A DNA stretch of 32,000 nt from Erysipelothrix inopinata (GCF_014396165.1 NZ_CP060715.1:30001-62000); one strand, 5' to 3'. Counted from the first letter of the stretch, positions 16,023 through 25,349 are shown. Notes: generated by a model from the sequence alone, not told the origin. Translations and numbers: made by a program.

Positions 16023-17342
16023 TTATTCTTTAATGCCGACCTCAGCTAAGATTCCTTTGGTGGTTGCTTCGATTATTTTGTCCTTATCCTCACGAATTGT
16101 TTTAATATCTTGAGGATCTGATGTATATCCTAATTCGAGTACAAGTGCTTGCATCCCCGTTTTACTGTTAGTAGCAAAAGCATTCTCTTTCGCAAATTCT
16201 CCTTTACTACCAGCTCCGGTAAAGATACCGCCTGTCTCTCGTAATATCGCATTCATATCATACTCATCTTTGAAAGACGTTTTAATAACGCCATCCATAT
16301 TTTGACCTGATACATATCGGGAAGCTCTCAACGGTGATGTTTCCGTCAGATTCTTCATCATAATTGTTGCGAAACGATTGGTTACATAATTAGAATAAAT
16401 TGCTGTAGATCCATAATCCAAAGGTTGTAGCGAGTGTACCATGGTAAAGGATACAAAATATTTTGCATTGGCATCATACGCATTTTGAATACGATTATTT
16501 TTACCATGATAGTTTATTACTTCATCTTTAGTTCGTGTTAGTTTTACTTTAAGACCGCGAGCTTCGAGTTGTTTTTTCACACCATCAGCAATGTCATACA
16601 TTGCATCAGCCTCAACAAAATCTCCGTTAATAATTCCCTTGGAAATATTACCATTAAACTCTTTAATCATACCACTTGGGTCTAACACAATATCATAGTC
16701 TTGATCGTTAGATTCTACCGAATCAACCACCAAGAATGAATAGTTTTCATCCATGCTAAAAGGATGTTCTTTAGAATTAAATAAATCCTTATTAGAGATT
16801 AACTTAATATTTTTTCGATAACCATCAATTGAGATAGTTGAGAACGCATCTTCACGAACTTCATTACTTACAAGACGCGCTTTAGTAAGACCATCAAGGA
16901 CACGGATTTCATAGAAACCCGGTGTCAATCCTTCAACTGGAATCTTCGCATCAAGTTCTGCTCCCATAAGATATGCACGTTCTTCTTCTGTACAAATATT
17001 CTTAAGGAATACTGTCTTACTACTAAAAGCATCACGAACTGTACGGTTATAAGGCTCTTTATAAATACCCAATGTTTGACCAAACATACCTACGTCTTGA
17101 TATCCTATCGTAGCTTCTTTATTTTCTTTATTCGCTTCATCAATCTTTTTTGTAATGATCGCTTGGGTTTCACTAATTGTAGTATTACAGATTGTGAAGG
17201 CTGTTTCTGGTTCTTTATACTTTGGCATGAGGGTTGTATACACTAAGATTCCTCCAATCATCACTAAAATGACAAAAGGAACTACAATTTTGTAGTTCAC
17301 TTTTTTTCTTGATTTAGGAACATATTTCGCTCTAAAATCCAT
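16023..17342 (-). CDS. Membrane-anchored protein with C-terminal Amidase_3 (N-acetylmuramoyl-L-alanine amidase)-like domain, motifs apparently degenerate
   Basis: 439 aa. N-terminal TM helix (IVVPFVILVMIGGILVYTTL). The C-terminal ~220 aa follow the Amidase_3 pattern: IVLDPSGM..E..YDIADGVKKQLEARGLKVKLTRTKD..R...A....A.YFVSF..., ..AILRE.., ALVLELGYTSDPQD. The middle ~160 aa are unassigned. Confidence 0.55.
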   Translation of the reverse strand: MDFRAKYVPKSRKKVNYKIVVPFVILVMIGGILVYTTLMPKYKEPETAFTICNTTISETQAIITKKIDEANKENKEATIGYQDVGMFGQTLGIYKEPYNRTVRDAFSSKTVFLKNICTEEERAYLMGAELDAKIPVEGLTPGFYEIRVLDGLTKARLVSNEVREDAFSTISIDGYRKNIKLISNKDLFNSKEHPFSMDENYSFLVVDSVESNDQDYDIVLDPSGMIKEFNGNISKGIINGDFVEADAMYDIADGVKKQLEARGLKVKLTRTKDEVINYHGKNNRIQNAYDANAKYFVSFTMVHSLQPLDYGSTAIYSNYVTNRFATIMMKNLTETSPLRASRYVSGQNMDGVIKTSFKDEYDMNAILRETGGIFTGAGSKGEFAKENAFATNSKTGMQALVLELGYTSDPQDIKTIREDKDKIIEATTKGILAEVGIKE

Positions 17343-17351
17343 ACAAACCCC

Positions 17352-18734
17352 TTAATAATCTAAGTGTCTTGGAGTTCTTGGGAACGGAATCACATCACGG
17401 ATGTTTTGCATAGCTGTAATATACATTAAGAATCTTTCAAAGCCAATTCCGAAACCTGCATGTTTAACGCCACCGTATTCACGAAGTTGACGATACCATT
17501 CAAGGCTTTCTTTTGGAATGTTCATTTCTTCCATTCTTTGGTCTAATACATCGATACGTTCTTCACGTTGTGATCCTCCAACAAGTTCTCCAACTTGTGG
17601 TACCAATAAGTCACATGCAGCAACCGTTTTGTTGTCATCATTTAATCTCATGTAGAATGCTTTAATGTCTTTAGGATAATCTGTAATGAAAACAGGTCCC
17701 TTAAAAACTTCTTCACTTAGGTAACGTTCATGTTCTGATTGAAGATCTACTCCCCAATGAACTTTATATTCAAATCGGTCATTTTCTTTTTCTAATATTT
17801 CAATCGCATCGGTATAACTGAGACGTTTGAATTCACTGGATAATAAGGAATTTAAACGATCTAATAAGGTGTTATCAATGCGATCATTGAAGAAATTCAT
17901 TTCTTCAGGTGCATTTTCTAAGACATATTCGATGCAATATTTAACCATATCTTCGATAAGGTTCATGTCATCCTCTAAATCAGCAAATGCAATTTCAGGT
18001 TCAACCATCCAAAACTCAGATGCATGACGTGCAGTATTTGAGTTTTCAGCTCTAAAAGTTGGTCCAAATGTATAAACATCTCTAAATGCTAATGCGAATG
18101 CTTCAGCATGAAGTTGTCCTGAAACGGTAAGACTTGCTTTTTGTCCAAAGAAATCCTTCTCATAGTCGCCATCAGAACGCGTTGTGACGTTGAAAGACTC
18201 CCCTGCACCCTCAGCATCATTACCTGTAATGATTGGCGTGTGGACGTAAACAAAGCCTTGATCTTGGAAGAATTCATGAATTGCCATTGAAAGTACAGAA
18301 CGTACTCTAAAAACAGCCATAAATGAATTTGTCTTCACACGTAAATGAGCAATGTCTCTTAAATATTCATAACTGTGACGTTTCTTTTGAAGTGGGTAAT
18401 CTGCACCACATTCACCTTCTAATACAACATCCTTAACATCAATTTCAAAAGGTTGACGTCCATCAGGTGTTGCTTTAAATTTACCACTGATTGTGACAGC
18501 AGTACCTGTATTATATTTCGCAATGTCATCAGCATTACTGAGTTCACTTGAATAAACACATTGTGCATTTCTAAAGTAAGTTCCATCATTTAGTTCAATG
18601 AACCCTACATTTTTACCTTTACGGTTAGTACGAATCCAACCTTGAATTTGGATATACTCTAAAGAATCTATTTCAATTTCTGATCCGTAAGCTAAAAGAT
18701 CATAGCACTCACGAATTGTTAAATAAGACATCAT
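17352..18734 (-). CDS. asnS: Asparagine--tRNA ligase
   Basis: 460 aa class IIb synthetase. [24 protein letters not shown] and GFGIGFERF motifs. The size fits AsnRS rather than AspRS. The GAGGTG RBS sits in the 14-nt gap after rex. Confidence 0.92.
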   Translation of the reverse strand: MMSYLTIRECYDLLAYGSEIEIDSLEYIQIQGWIRTNRKGKNVGFIELNDGTYFRNAQCVYSSELSNADDIAKYNTGTAVTISGKFKATPDGRQPFEIDVKDVVLEGECGADYPLQKKRHSYEYLRDIAHLRVKTNSFMAVFRVRSVLSMAIHEFFQDQGFVYVHTPIITGNDAEGAGESFNVTTRSDGDYEKDFFGQKASLTVSGQLHAEAFALAFRDVYTFGPTFRAENSNTARHASEFWMVEPEIAFADLEDDMNLIEDMVKYCIEYVLENAPEEMNFFNDRIDNTLLDRLNSLLSSEFKRLSYTDAIEILEKENDRFEYKVHWGVDLQSEHERYLSEEVFKGPVFITDYPKDIKAFYMRLNDDNKTVAACDLLVPQVGELVGGSQREERIDVLDQRMEEMNIPKESLEWYRQLREYGGVKHAGFGIGFERFLMYITAMQNIRDVIPFPRTPRHLDY

Positions 18735-18748
18735 ATTTTACACCTCAA

Positions 18749-19378
18749 TTATCGTATGTTATTTGTTTGGAATATTAATTCTTGGACAGTTGAAACAACG
18801 TCGACAGTCTTAACGACAACGTCTTTAGGAACTTGAATATGCTCACTTGAAAAGTCAACAATTCCAACAATTCCCATATCAACCAGTCTATCGATTGTTT
18901 CCTGAACATTTTTAGAAACAGTTACAATCGCAATACGGCACCCTTTAGGTACTCGTTCTTCCAATTCACTCATGTGATAGATTGGAATATCTGATACTTC
19001 ACCTAATTTATTCGGATCAATGTCAAAGGCACATGCTATTTCACCCACAACATGATTCCATCGATTATAATTTAAAATTGCACGACCTAAATTACCAGCT
19101 CCGACAAGAATTAATTCTTCTTCAAAGCTAACTCCTAATAGATCATCAAACGTATCGATGAGTGTTTTCACATCATAACCATATCCTTGTTTCCCTAAGG
19201 AACCAATGAAAGAAAAATCTCGACGAATTGTCGTAGATTCGATATCCACGAAGAGTGCAAGCTCTCGTGATAAAATACGTTCTACTCCCATATTATAGAG
19301 TTTACGCAACGCCTTAAGATATATAGGGTATCGTTGCATTGTTGCCTTAGGCACATTTGTTATATTGTTTGTACTCAT
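18749..19378 (-). CDS. rex: Redox-sensing transcriptional repressor Rex
   Basis: 209 aa. The N-terminal winged helix contains ATMQRYPIYLKAL...ILSRELA...TIRRDFSFIGSLGKQGYGYDV. A Rossmann motif LVGAGNLGRA follows. Confidence 0.92.
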   Translation of the reverse strand: MSTNNITNVPKATMQRYPIYLKALRKLYNMGVERILSRELALFVDIESTTIRRDFSFIGSLGKQGYGYDVKTLIDTFDDLLGVSFEEELILVGAGNLGRAILNYNRWNHVVGEIACAFDIDPNKLGEVSDIPIYHMSELEERVPKGCRIAIVTVSKNVQETIDRLVDMGIVGIVDFSSEHIQVPKDVVVKTVDVVSTVQELIFQTNNIR

Positions 19379-19390
19379 GATATCACCACC

Positions 19391-19408
19391 GTGTAAATCA
19401 TATCACAA
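19391..19408 (-). promoter_or_regulatory. Candidate Rex operator just upstream of rex
   Basis: The minus strand reads TTGTGAT-ATGA-TTTACAC against consensus TTGTGAA-N4-TTCACAA, matching 11 of 14 half-site positions. It lies 13-30 nt before the rex ATG. Confidence 0.25.
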
Positions 19409-19435
19409 AGTCTTCGGAAGTTGAATGTGAAACAA

Positions 19436-20440
19436 TTAATAAGTGTGAAGTTGTATGTTAGAATTTGCCGAAATTTCACAATCTCCGCTAATTCCCATAC
19501 CTTGAGCAATATGTCCTGCAAGTCCAATCATGGCCGCTTGATCCATACATGCCCACAATGGTGGTTGAAGAATGTTCAATTCTGGATAAACTTCTTTGAG
19601 ATCTTCAACACGTTTTCTAACTTCTGAATTGGCTGCAACACCCCCTGCAAGAACAAATGATTTCACATCTAATGTATCCAATGCACGTTGCACGCGGGAC
19701 ATTAATTCATCGACTGCAGCATGTTGAAATGCATAGGCCACATCTTCCACAATCACCTCACGACCTTCGCGTTCTTCACGAAGTGTCAATTGACGAACTG
19801 CAGATTTTAAACCACTAAATGAAAAATCAAGGGGGTTATCTGTTTTAACTTTAGGAAGCTTGTAATTTGCCTTACCAGTTTTTGCTAGTTTATCAATAAC
19901 GGGACCACCTGGGTAACTCAATCCAAGAAGACGCGCAACTTTATCATAGGCTTCTCCTACAGCATCATCTTGAGTTTTTCCGATAACTTCAAACGAATAC
20001 TCTTTGTCCATGAATACAAGCTCAGTATGTCCACCAGATACAACAAGTGCAAGAAGTGGAAACTTCAATTCACCAACAAGTTTATTGGCATAGATATGAC
20101 CAGCGATATGATGTACTGGAATCAAAGGCACATTTAACGACCAAGCTAATGTTTTCGCAGCCATAACACCAACATGAAGTGAACCAATTAATCCAGGTCC
20201 TTGAGTTACCGCAATGGCATCAATATCTTTCAATGATACATCAGCTTTCGTTAATGCATCTTTAATGGTTACGTTGATATTTTCAACATGAAGACGCGAT
20301 GCAACTTCTGGGAAGACACCACCATACTCCTTATGAATATCAATTTGAGATGCAACCGAGTTGCTGAGTACTTCAGTACCATCTTTAATAATCGCACACG
20401 ATGTTTCATCGCAGCTAGATTCTATTGCTAAAAGTAACAT
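19436..20440 (-). CDS. tsaD: tRNA N6-adenosine threonylcarbamoyltransferase TsaD
   Basis: 334 aa. LAIESSCDETS, HHIAGHI and GGVAANS motifs of Kae1/TsaD. Confidence 0.95.
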   Translation of the reverse strand: MLLLAIESSCDETSCAIIKDGTEVLSNSVASQIDIHKEYGGVFPEVASRLHVENINVTIKDALTKADVSLKDIDAIAVTQGPGLIGSLHVGVMAAKTLAWSLNVPLIPVHHIAGHIYANKLVGELKFPLLALVVSGGHTELVFMDKEYSFEVIGKTQDDAVGEAYDKVARLLGLSYPGGPVIDKLAKTGKANYKLPKVKTDNPLDFSFSGLKSAVRQLTLREEREGREVIVEDVAYAFQHAAVDELMSRVQRALDTLDVKSFVLAGGVAANSEVRKRVEDLKEVYPELNILQPPLWACMDQAAMIGLAGHIAQGMGISGDCEISANSNIQLHTY

Positions 20441-20442
20441 AA

Positions 20443-20865
20443 CTAAATATCCTTTCTCATTACTACAGCATGTTTGTTTGCACCATAATAATGTTTTCTT
20501 TGTCCGACTTTCACGAAGCCGTTTCTTTTATAAAAACGTATGGCTTGACGGTTCTCATCATGAACCTCAAGCATCATAGGTTTATTTAAGTTTAATTTTA
20601 GAATTGCATCGAAGAGTTTTTGACCATTTCCTTGACCTTGTGCACTCCGATCAACACCAATTTGTAGAAGTTCAAGCAGATCTCCCACTTGACGTACAAT
20701 CAAAAATCCAATAAGCTCATCCGAATCTTCCATGCATAAACAATAGGAATCATCACGCTCAATCTCATCGCGATAAAACTGGTACGGCCAATGTGCAGTC
20801 AGTACCGCTTCATCAATTTTAAGTACCGAACTTAAATCATCTGGATTAATCTTTCGGATCATCAT
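20443..20865 (-). CDS. rimI: Ribosomal-protein-alanine N-acetyltransferase (GNAT) RimI
   Basis: GNAT core VDRSAQGQGNGQKLF, in the classical tsaB-rimI-tsaD position. The preferred start is the ATG at 20865, which forms an ATGA overlap with the tsaB stop. The track start at 20913 lies inside tsaB. Confidence 0.85.
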   Translation of the reverse strand: MMIRKINPDDLSSVLKIDEAVLTAHWPYQFYRDEIERDDSYCLCMEDSDELIGFLIVRQVGDLLELLQIGVDRSAQGQGNGQKLFDAILKLNLNKPMMLEVHDENRQAIRFYKRNGFVKVGQRKHYYGANKHAVVMRKDI

Positions 20866-21425
20866 TTCAAGTAGTTTGGAACGAGTAAATCCGGATTCTC
20901 GACAATATTCCACATATCACGAACTTCAAGAATCTGACTGCAGATATTTCCATATTCAGTTTCTTTACCTACTAGAGATAAATCACCAAATAGTGGTTGG
21001 TTAATTGTCTCAAGTTCATCGAGTGTATAAACACGTTCATCCTTGACGTTACCTTTTTCAATGTACGCACCAAAGACACGCTTAGAACGCGCATCAATAA
21101 ATGAGAAACCATCTTTCATGCCTGCTAGAGATAACAACGTATCAACTGTATATATCTTCATTTCTGTATTAACAAGAGACCATGTCTTCACAAAAGTTAG
21201 TCCAATTCTCATTCCAGTATAACTTCCTGGACCATTGGTCACAACGACTTCATCAATATCACTTGATTGAAGATTCGCCTTTTCCAAAACTTCACTCACG
21301 AATGTAATCAAGTATTCTGATTGTCGCTTTCCAACATTTTCCTGTTTGTAAGCAACAAGCTTCGAATCAATCGCAACGCCTGTTACCAAACATGTATGTG
21401 ATGTATCAATAATTAATGTATTCAT
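20862..21425 (-). CDS. tsaB: t6A biosynthesis protein TsaB (YeaZ)
   Basis: 187 aa, shorter than typical TsaB. IIDTSHTCLVTGVA and NGPGSYTGMRIG motifs. ATGA overlap with the tsaE stop. Confidence 0.9.
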   Translation of the reverse strand: MNTLIIDTSHTCLVTGVAIDSKLVAYKQENVGKRQSEYLITFVSEVLEKANLQSSDIDEVVVTNGPGSYTGMRIGLTFVKTWSLVNTEMKIYTVDTLLSLAGMKDGFSFIDARSKRVFGAYIEKGNVKDERVYTLDELETINQPLFGDLSLVGKETEYGNICSQILEVRDMWNIVENPDLLVPNYLK

Positions 21426-21847
21426 GCCTCTACCTCACTCACTGTAATTTCACGTACCGTTTCATCGATGTACTTAATATTAATGTCATAATCAACATTG
21501 AAATCCAAATCATCGAGGAAACTTCCCCATTCAATCACGATTACTGTACGATCATCCATCAAATCAAAAAGACCTAAAGAATCTGAATCTACCCCTTCAA
21601 GTCGATATGCATCAATATGTTTTAAATCCAAACGCCCTTCATATTCTTTCATGAGCGTAAAGGTTGGACTGCTAATAGTATCCTCAATCCCGAGACCTAA
21701 TGCCAGTCCCTTTGTGAAAGCAGTTTTACCTACTCCTAAATCCCCTGTTAGAGATACAACGGCACCAGACTTAATCGCTGTTCCGATACGTTCTCCTAAA
21801 TCTATCGTTTCATTTACTGAATTTGTTGTATATTTTTCATTTTTCAT
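21422..21847 (-). CDS. tsaE: t6A biosynthesis ATPase TsaE (YjeE)
   Basis: Walker A GDLGVGKT and the SPTFTL motif. The start MKNEKY at 21847 is preferred because GGTGA lies 5 nt upstream. The ATG at 21868 overlaps a TGaTATAAT promoter-like element, so it is probably untranslated. Confidence 0.88.
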   Translation of the reverse strand: MKNEKYTTNSVNETIDLGERIGTAIKSGAVVSLTGDLGVGKTAFTKGLALGLGIEDTISSPTFTLMKEYEGRLDLKHIDAYRLEGVDSDSLGLFDLMDDRTVIVIEWGSFLDDLDFNVDYDINIKYIDETVREITVSEVEA

Positions 21848-21866
21848 TTTATTCACCATCCGCATC

Positions 21867-21875
21867 ATTATATCA
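21867..21875 (-). promoter_or_regulatory. Candidate extended -10 promoter of the tsaE array
   Basis: The minus strand reads TGATATAAT (21875-21867). The -35 is only weak. Confidence 0.4.
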
Positions 21876-21949
21876 CAGTCATAGCGGTTTAAACATAATT
21901 TGGCTTAAGGATTCCCAGCTTATTTTTTGATTTATCACTAATCTTTAGT

Positions 21950-21979
21950 AAGAAAAAAGACATCCAAACAGATGTCTTA
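21950..21979 (-). terminator. Rho-independent terminator after the SNF2 gene
   Basis: On the minus strand: TAATTAAGACATC tgtttg GATGTCTT followed by TTTTCTT. Confidence 0.8.
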
Positions 21980-22000
21980 ATTATGATTCAATTTTAAAAT

Positions 22001-25000
22001 TTACATTTCGAAAAGTGATCGCATTTCAGCTTCACTCAGGCTCGCAATATTTCCACTGGCACCCTCAATGAACGTATCTGACAATACTTTCTTTTCTGCT
22101 TGTAACTTTTGAATTTTTTCTTCTACCGTATCTTTCATGATGAGTTGGTAGACACTTACATTTTCGGTTTGTCCAAAACGATGCGCTCGATCTGTCGCTT
22201 GATTTTGACTTGAAACATTCCACCATGGATCGAAGTGGATGACCGCTTCCGCTGCCGTAAGATTAATCCCTGTTCCCCCAGCCTTCAGTGATATCAAGAA
22301 CACATCCGTATCATCGGTTTGAAATTGTTGAATCAACTCTCTACGTTTGGGTTTAGGTGTTTTACCCTCAATCACATAAGAAGAGACGGATTCCTTTGTT
22401 AGTTCTTCTCGAATTAAATCCAACATGGAAGTAAACGATGAGAAAACCAAGACTTTCTTTCCTTCTGATTTCAATGTTTTTACGAGCTCCACACACGCAA
22501 GAAGTTTTGTCGACGCTTGATCCATATTTTGATACAGAACTCTTGGTTCGCAACAAATTTGACGAAGACGCGTCAACATCGCCAAGACATCTATTTTACT
22601 TGCTTGTTCAATTCCGGTTTGTAAGGCAAGCTCTTGATTTATTTGTGCAAGATTTGCATAGTACAACTGTTTTTCCTCTTCATTAAATTCGAGTCTTAAG
22701 GTTGTTTCGATTTTATCAGGAAGCTCTGTCAGAACATCTTTCTTTAGACGTCTCAAGATAAACGGTTCAACGAGTTGTCGTAAACGCTTATGTGCTCCTT
22801 CATCCTTGTCTTTAATAATGGGTTTTTCAAATGTCTTGACGAAGTAATGATGATTGTAAAGATAACCCGGCATGATGAAATCAAAAATAGACCAAAGTTC
22901 AGAAAGTGAATTTTCAATAGGAGTTCCTGTTAAGGCAACACGATGTTGCGCTTTCAATCTTTTCGTTGTACGTGCATTTTTCGTCATATGATTCTTAATG
23001 TATTGTGCTTCATCCAGTATAGCATGACTAAATTCAAATTCCTCATATTCATCAATGTCTCTGCGCAAAAAATCATACGATGTAACAACGATTTTATAAT
23101 CACGGATGTTTTGAATCAGTTTCTTTCTATCTTCTTGCGTTCCCGTAATAGCAAGTGCATTTAGATGGGGGGCAAACTTATGAATTTCATCAATCCAATT
23201 CAACATTACGGATGAAGGGCAAACAACAATTGAAGTCTTGTCAGGATTTAATGTGTCTAAATACGATATCACTTGTAGTGTTTTCCCAAGCCCCATATCA
23301 TCAGCAAGAATGCCACCTAACTGGAGTGATGAAAGGTTATACAACCACTGAATACCGTCCCTTTGATAACCGCGAAGCAGTTCTTGATAACGAGGTTCCA
23401 AAGGAATATTTTCTTCTTTAAAATTTTGGAACTTATCGATAAAATTATGCACTGATGGGTCGAATGTAACATCAATTGCATCTTGATCTTCTAATTTACG
23501 TGAGACTTCAAAAGCACGAGAATGAACCATTGTTATGGATCCATCATTCAGTTCTGATAGTTGCAGGTTGTTACTCTCAAGTAACCCATTAACATTTTCG
23601 ATTTCATCAGATTGAAGGTTGATAATATCTCCATTCTTAAGTCGATGGAATTTTTTCTTTTTTCGGTAGGACTTTAGCACATCTGTTAGTTCTTGTTTTG
23701 GGATTGCATCGCTATCAATATCGATTTCAAGTAAACCACCATTAATTCTTACTCCAGCACTCATATGATATGAACGAGTGTCCGTAATAGCTTTGATTGC
23801 TTCACTGACATATATATCCGCAAATCCTTGGAGATATGGAACGCCTTGATCTAAGAACACATATGTCATGTCATCGGTATCCGAGAAAATTGCAAGCCCC
23901 CTACCTTCATCAATTTCATTTGCGTAAGTCTCAATGTATTTTGCTATTTTTTCAACTTCTAAAGGTACGGAAAGCATATTTTGAAAAGCATTATATTCGC
24001 CAAAAGATGTTTCATAAGAGAGTTTAATTGCAATATTACCATCTTCATCCACATCAACAAAGACACTGGTGCTCACCAAATCCTTTTCCAATTGGAGATC
24101 GAAGGATAAGGTTTCAGAAACATTATCCAAAACATACTTTTGAAAATCATATTTTTGAGCTTCTTCAACGACAAATGAGTCATCTTCGCGAAGCAGTCGT
24201 AGGAAGCTACTTGAGTAACTATTTTCATCGAGATACACTCTTTGGATTAAGGGGCTGTTTATATTCGAGTAAATGTACATGTGTTTTTTGCCCAACAATT
24301 TACTTCGACCAAAATGATACTCAAACAGCCAATCGCCTTGACTATCCATAACACTAACTTCAATTTCTTGAAACACGGTCTCCATGCCAAAACTATAGTA
24401 ACTCGGATCAATGTTTTCATAAACATCGAAAAAATCATCGAGAGAATTTTCATCAATAAGTAATCGATTCTTATCTGTGCGCCAAGAGTTATCATCATTA
24501 CTATTTCTAAATGACATGAGTTTAATAAATTCTAGTTGTCGCAATGAGTCTTCATCTAGATACTTTTCATTATGAATAAAACTAAACTCTTTTCCATATT
24601 CATGGTATGCCCCATGACTCATTCTTCCGATAAAAGCCGGAATGTCTTTAATGACATATAGTTTTTGATCACCAATCTTAAATCGTATTTCGATGCCATC
24701 GTAGGCTTGTGTCACAATTTCTGTTTTCAAACGAACATTTTGCGATAGGGGTACATTTTTAATTTCATTGATACTCTTATCTTTAAACAGATCAATAACA
24801 CTATCAGTCTGATTTAATTTAAATTTTCGTTTTCTTTCTTCGCGTTCAATTTCTAATTTACGCTTCAATTCAGATTCTCTTTCATCTCTATTTACATCTT
24901 TAAAATAGAATGGAAAAGATATAGGATTGCATTCATTAATTTTAAGAATCATGGCTCCAATGTGTCCACAAGCAGATTTGTTCGTAGCGTAGTCACATTT

Positions 25001-25219
25001 ACAATGATATTGAATGATATTATTATTAGCATCTGCTTCTATCATGACAGGAAAATCCTTATCATAGACTTTTACATTTCCATCCGCACGGAAACCACCA
25101 TTGAAGTTTTTATGTATGGTTATTTCTGAAACTGCATCATGAGAGTAATATGATTTTCCCATCTGAAAATTCCTATTTTCTGAGAAAATCTTTTGTATTT
25201 GTTCTGTATTAAATTTCAT
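22001..25219 (-). CDS. SNF2-family ATPase with N-terminal SWIM zinc finger
   Basis: 1072 aa. SWIM CKCDYATNKSACGH (CxCxnCxH). SNF2 motifs: I ILADDMGLGKT, II ILDEAQYIKN, III LTGTPIEN. Helicase_C motifs: LKAGGTGINLT and QATDRAHRFGQ. A long middle region resembles SNF2-associated domains. Confidence 0.9.
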   Translation of the reverse strand: MKFNTEQIQKIFSENRNFQMGKSYYSHDAVSEITIHKNFNGGFRADGNVKVYDKDFPVMIEADANNNIIQYHCKCDYATNKSACGHIGAMILKINECNPISFPFYFKDVNRDERESELKRKLEIEREERKRKFKLNQTDSVIDLFKDKSINEIKNVPLSQNVRLKTEIVTQAYDGIEIRFKIGDQKLYVIKDIPAFIGRMSHGAYHEYGKEFSFIHNEKYLDEDSLRQLEFIKLMSFRNSNDDNSWRTDKNRLLIDENSLDDFFDVYENIDPSYYSFGMETVFQEIEVSVMDSQGDWLFEYHFGRSKLLGKKHMYIYSNINSPLIQRVYLDENSYSSSFLRLLREDDSFVVEEAQKYDFQKYVLDNVSETLSFDLQLEKDLVSTSVFVDVDEDGNIAIKLSYETSFGEYNAFQNMLSVPLEVEKIAKYIETYANEIDEGRGLAIFSDTDDMTYVFLDQGVPYLQGFADIYVSEAIKAITDTRSYHMSAGVRINGGLLEIDIDSDAIPKQELTDVLKSYRKKKKFHRLKNGDIINLQSDEIENVNGLLESNNLQLSELNDGSITMVHSRAFEVSRKLEDQDAIDVTFDPSVHNFIDKFQNFKEENIPLEPRYQELLRGYQRDGIQWLYNLSSLQLGGILADDMGLGKTLQVISYLDTLNPDKTSIVVCPSSVMLNWIDEIHKFAPHLNALAITGTQEDRKKLIQNIRDYKIVVTSYDFLRRDIDEYEEFEFSHAILDEAQYIKNHMTKNARTTKRLKAQHRVALTGTPIENSLSELWSIFDFIMPGYLYNHHYFVKTFEKPIIKDKDEGAHKRLRQLVEPFILRRLKKDVLTELPDKIETTLRLEFNEEEKQLYYANLAQINQELALQTGIEQASKIDVLAMLTRLRQICCEPRVLYQNMDQASTKLLACVELVKTLKSEGKKVLVFSSFTSMLDLIREELTKESVSSYVIEGKTPKPKRRELIQQFQTDDTDVFLISLKAGGTGINLTAAEAVIHFDPWWNVSSQNQATDRAHRFGQTENVSVYQLIMKDTVEEKIQKLQAEKKVLSDTFIEGASGNIASLSEAEMRSLFEM

Positions 25220-25242
25220 TTAGTCACCTTTTTCAATATCAA

Positions 25243-25251
25243 ATTATAACA
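25243..25251 (-). promoter_or_regulatory. Candidate extended -10 promoter of the SNF2 gene
   Basis: The minus strand reads TGTTATAAT, about 25 nt upstream of the ATG at 25219. AAGGTGA RBS. Confidence 0.4.
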
Positions 25252-25318
25252 CACAATATCTTTATTTATTATTAAGTGCATATCTTTTTATATTAATGAA
25301 GTCTCTTTCTGTTTTGCA

Positions 25319-25346
25319 TAAAAAAAGACATCCATAAGGATGTCTA
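25319..25346 (-). terminator. Rho-independent terminator of the rRNA operon
   Basis: On the minus strand: TAATTAGACATCC ttat GGATGTCT followed by TTTTTTTAT. It lies directly after the 5S 3' end. Confidence 0.85.
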
Positions 25347-25349
25347 ATT

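Noticed and set aside
21498-21884. 128-aa plus-strand ORF antisense to tsaE.
   Set aside because: It is exactly antisense to a well-supported conserved gene. Its composition is Ser/Ile/Lys-rich, it has no RBS or promoter, and its product has no recognisable motif.
22001-25219. The SNF2 ATPase as part of a phage-defence system (DISARM DrmD-like or Zorya ZorD-like).
   Set aside because: Those systems need adjacent partner genes (methylase, DUF1998 or PLD genes, or ZorABC). Here the neighbours are an rRNA operon and tsaE, each separated by its own terminator.
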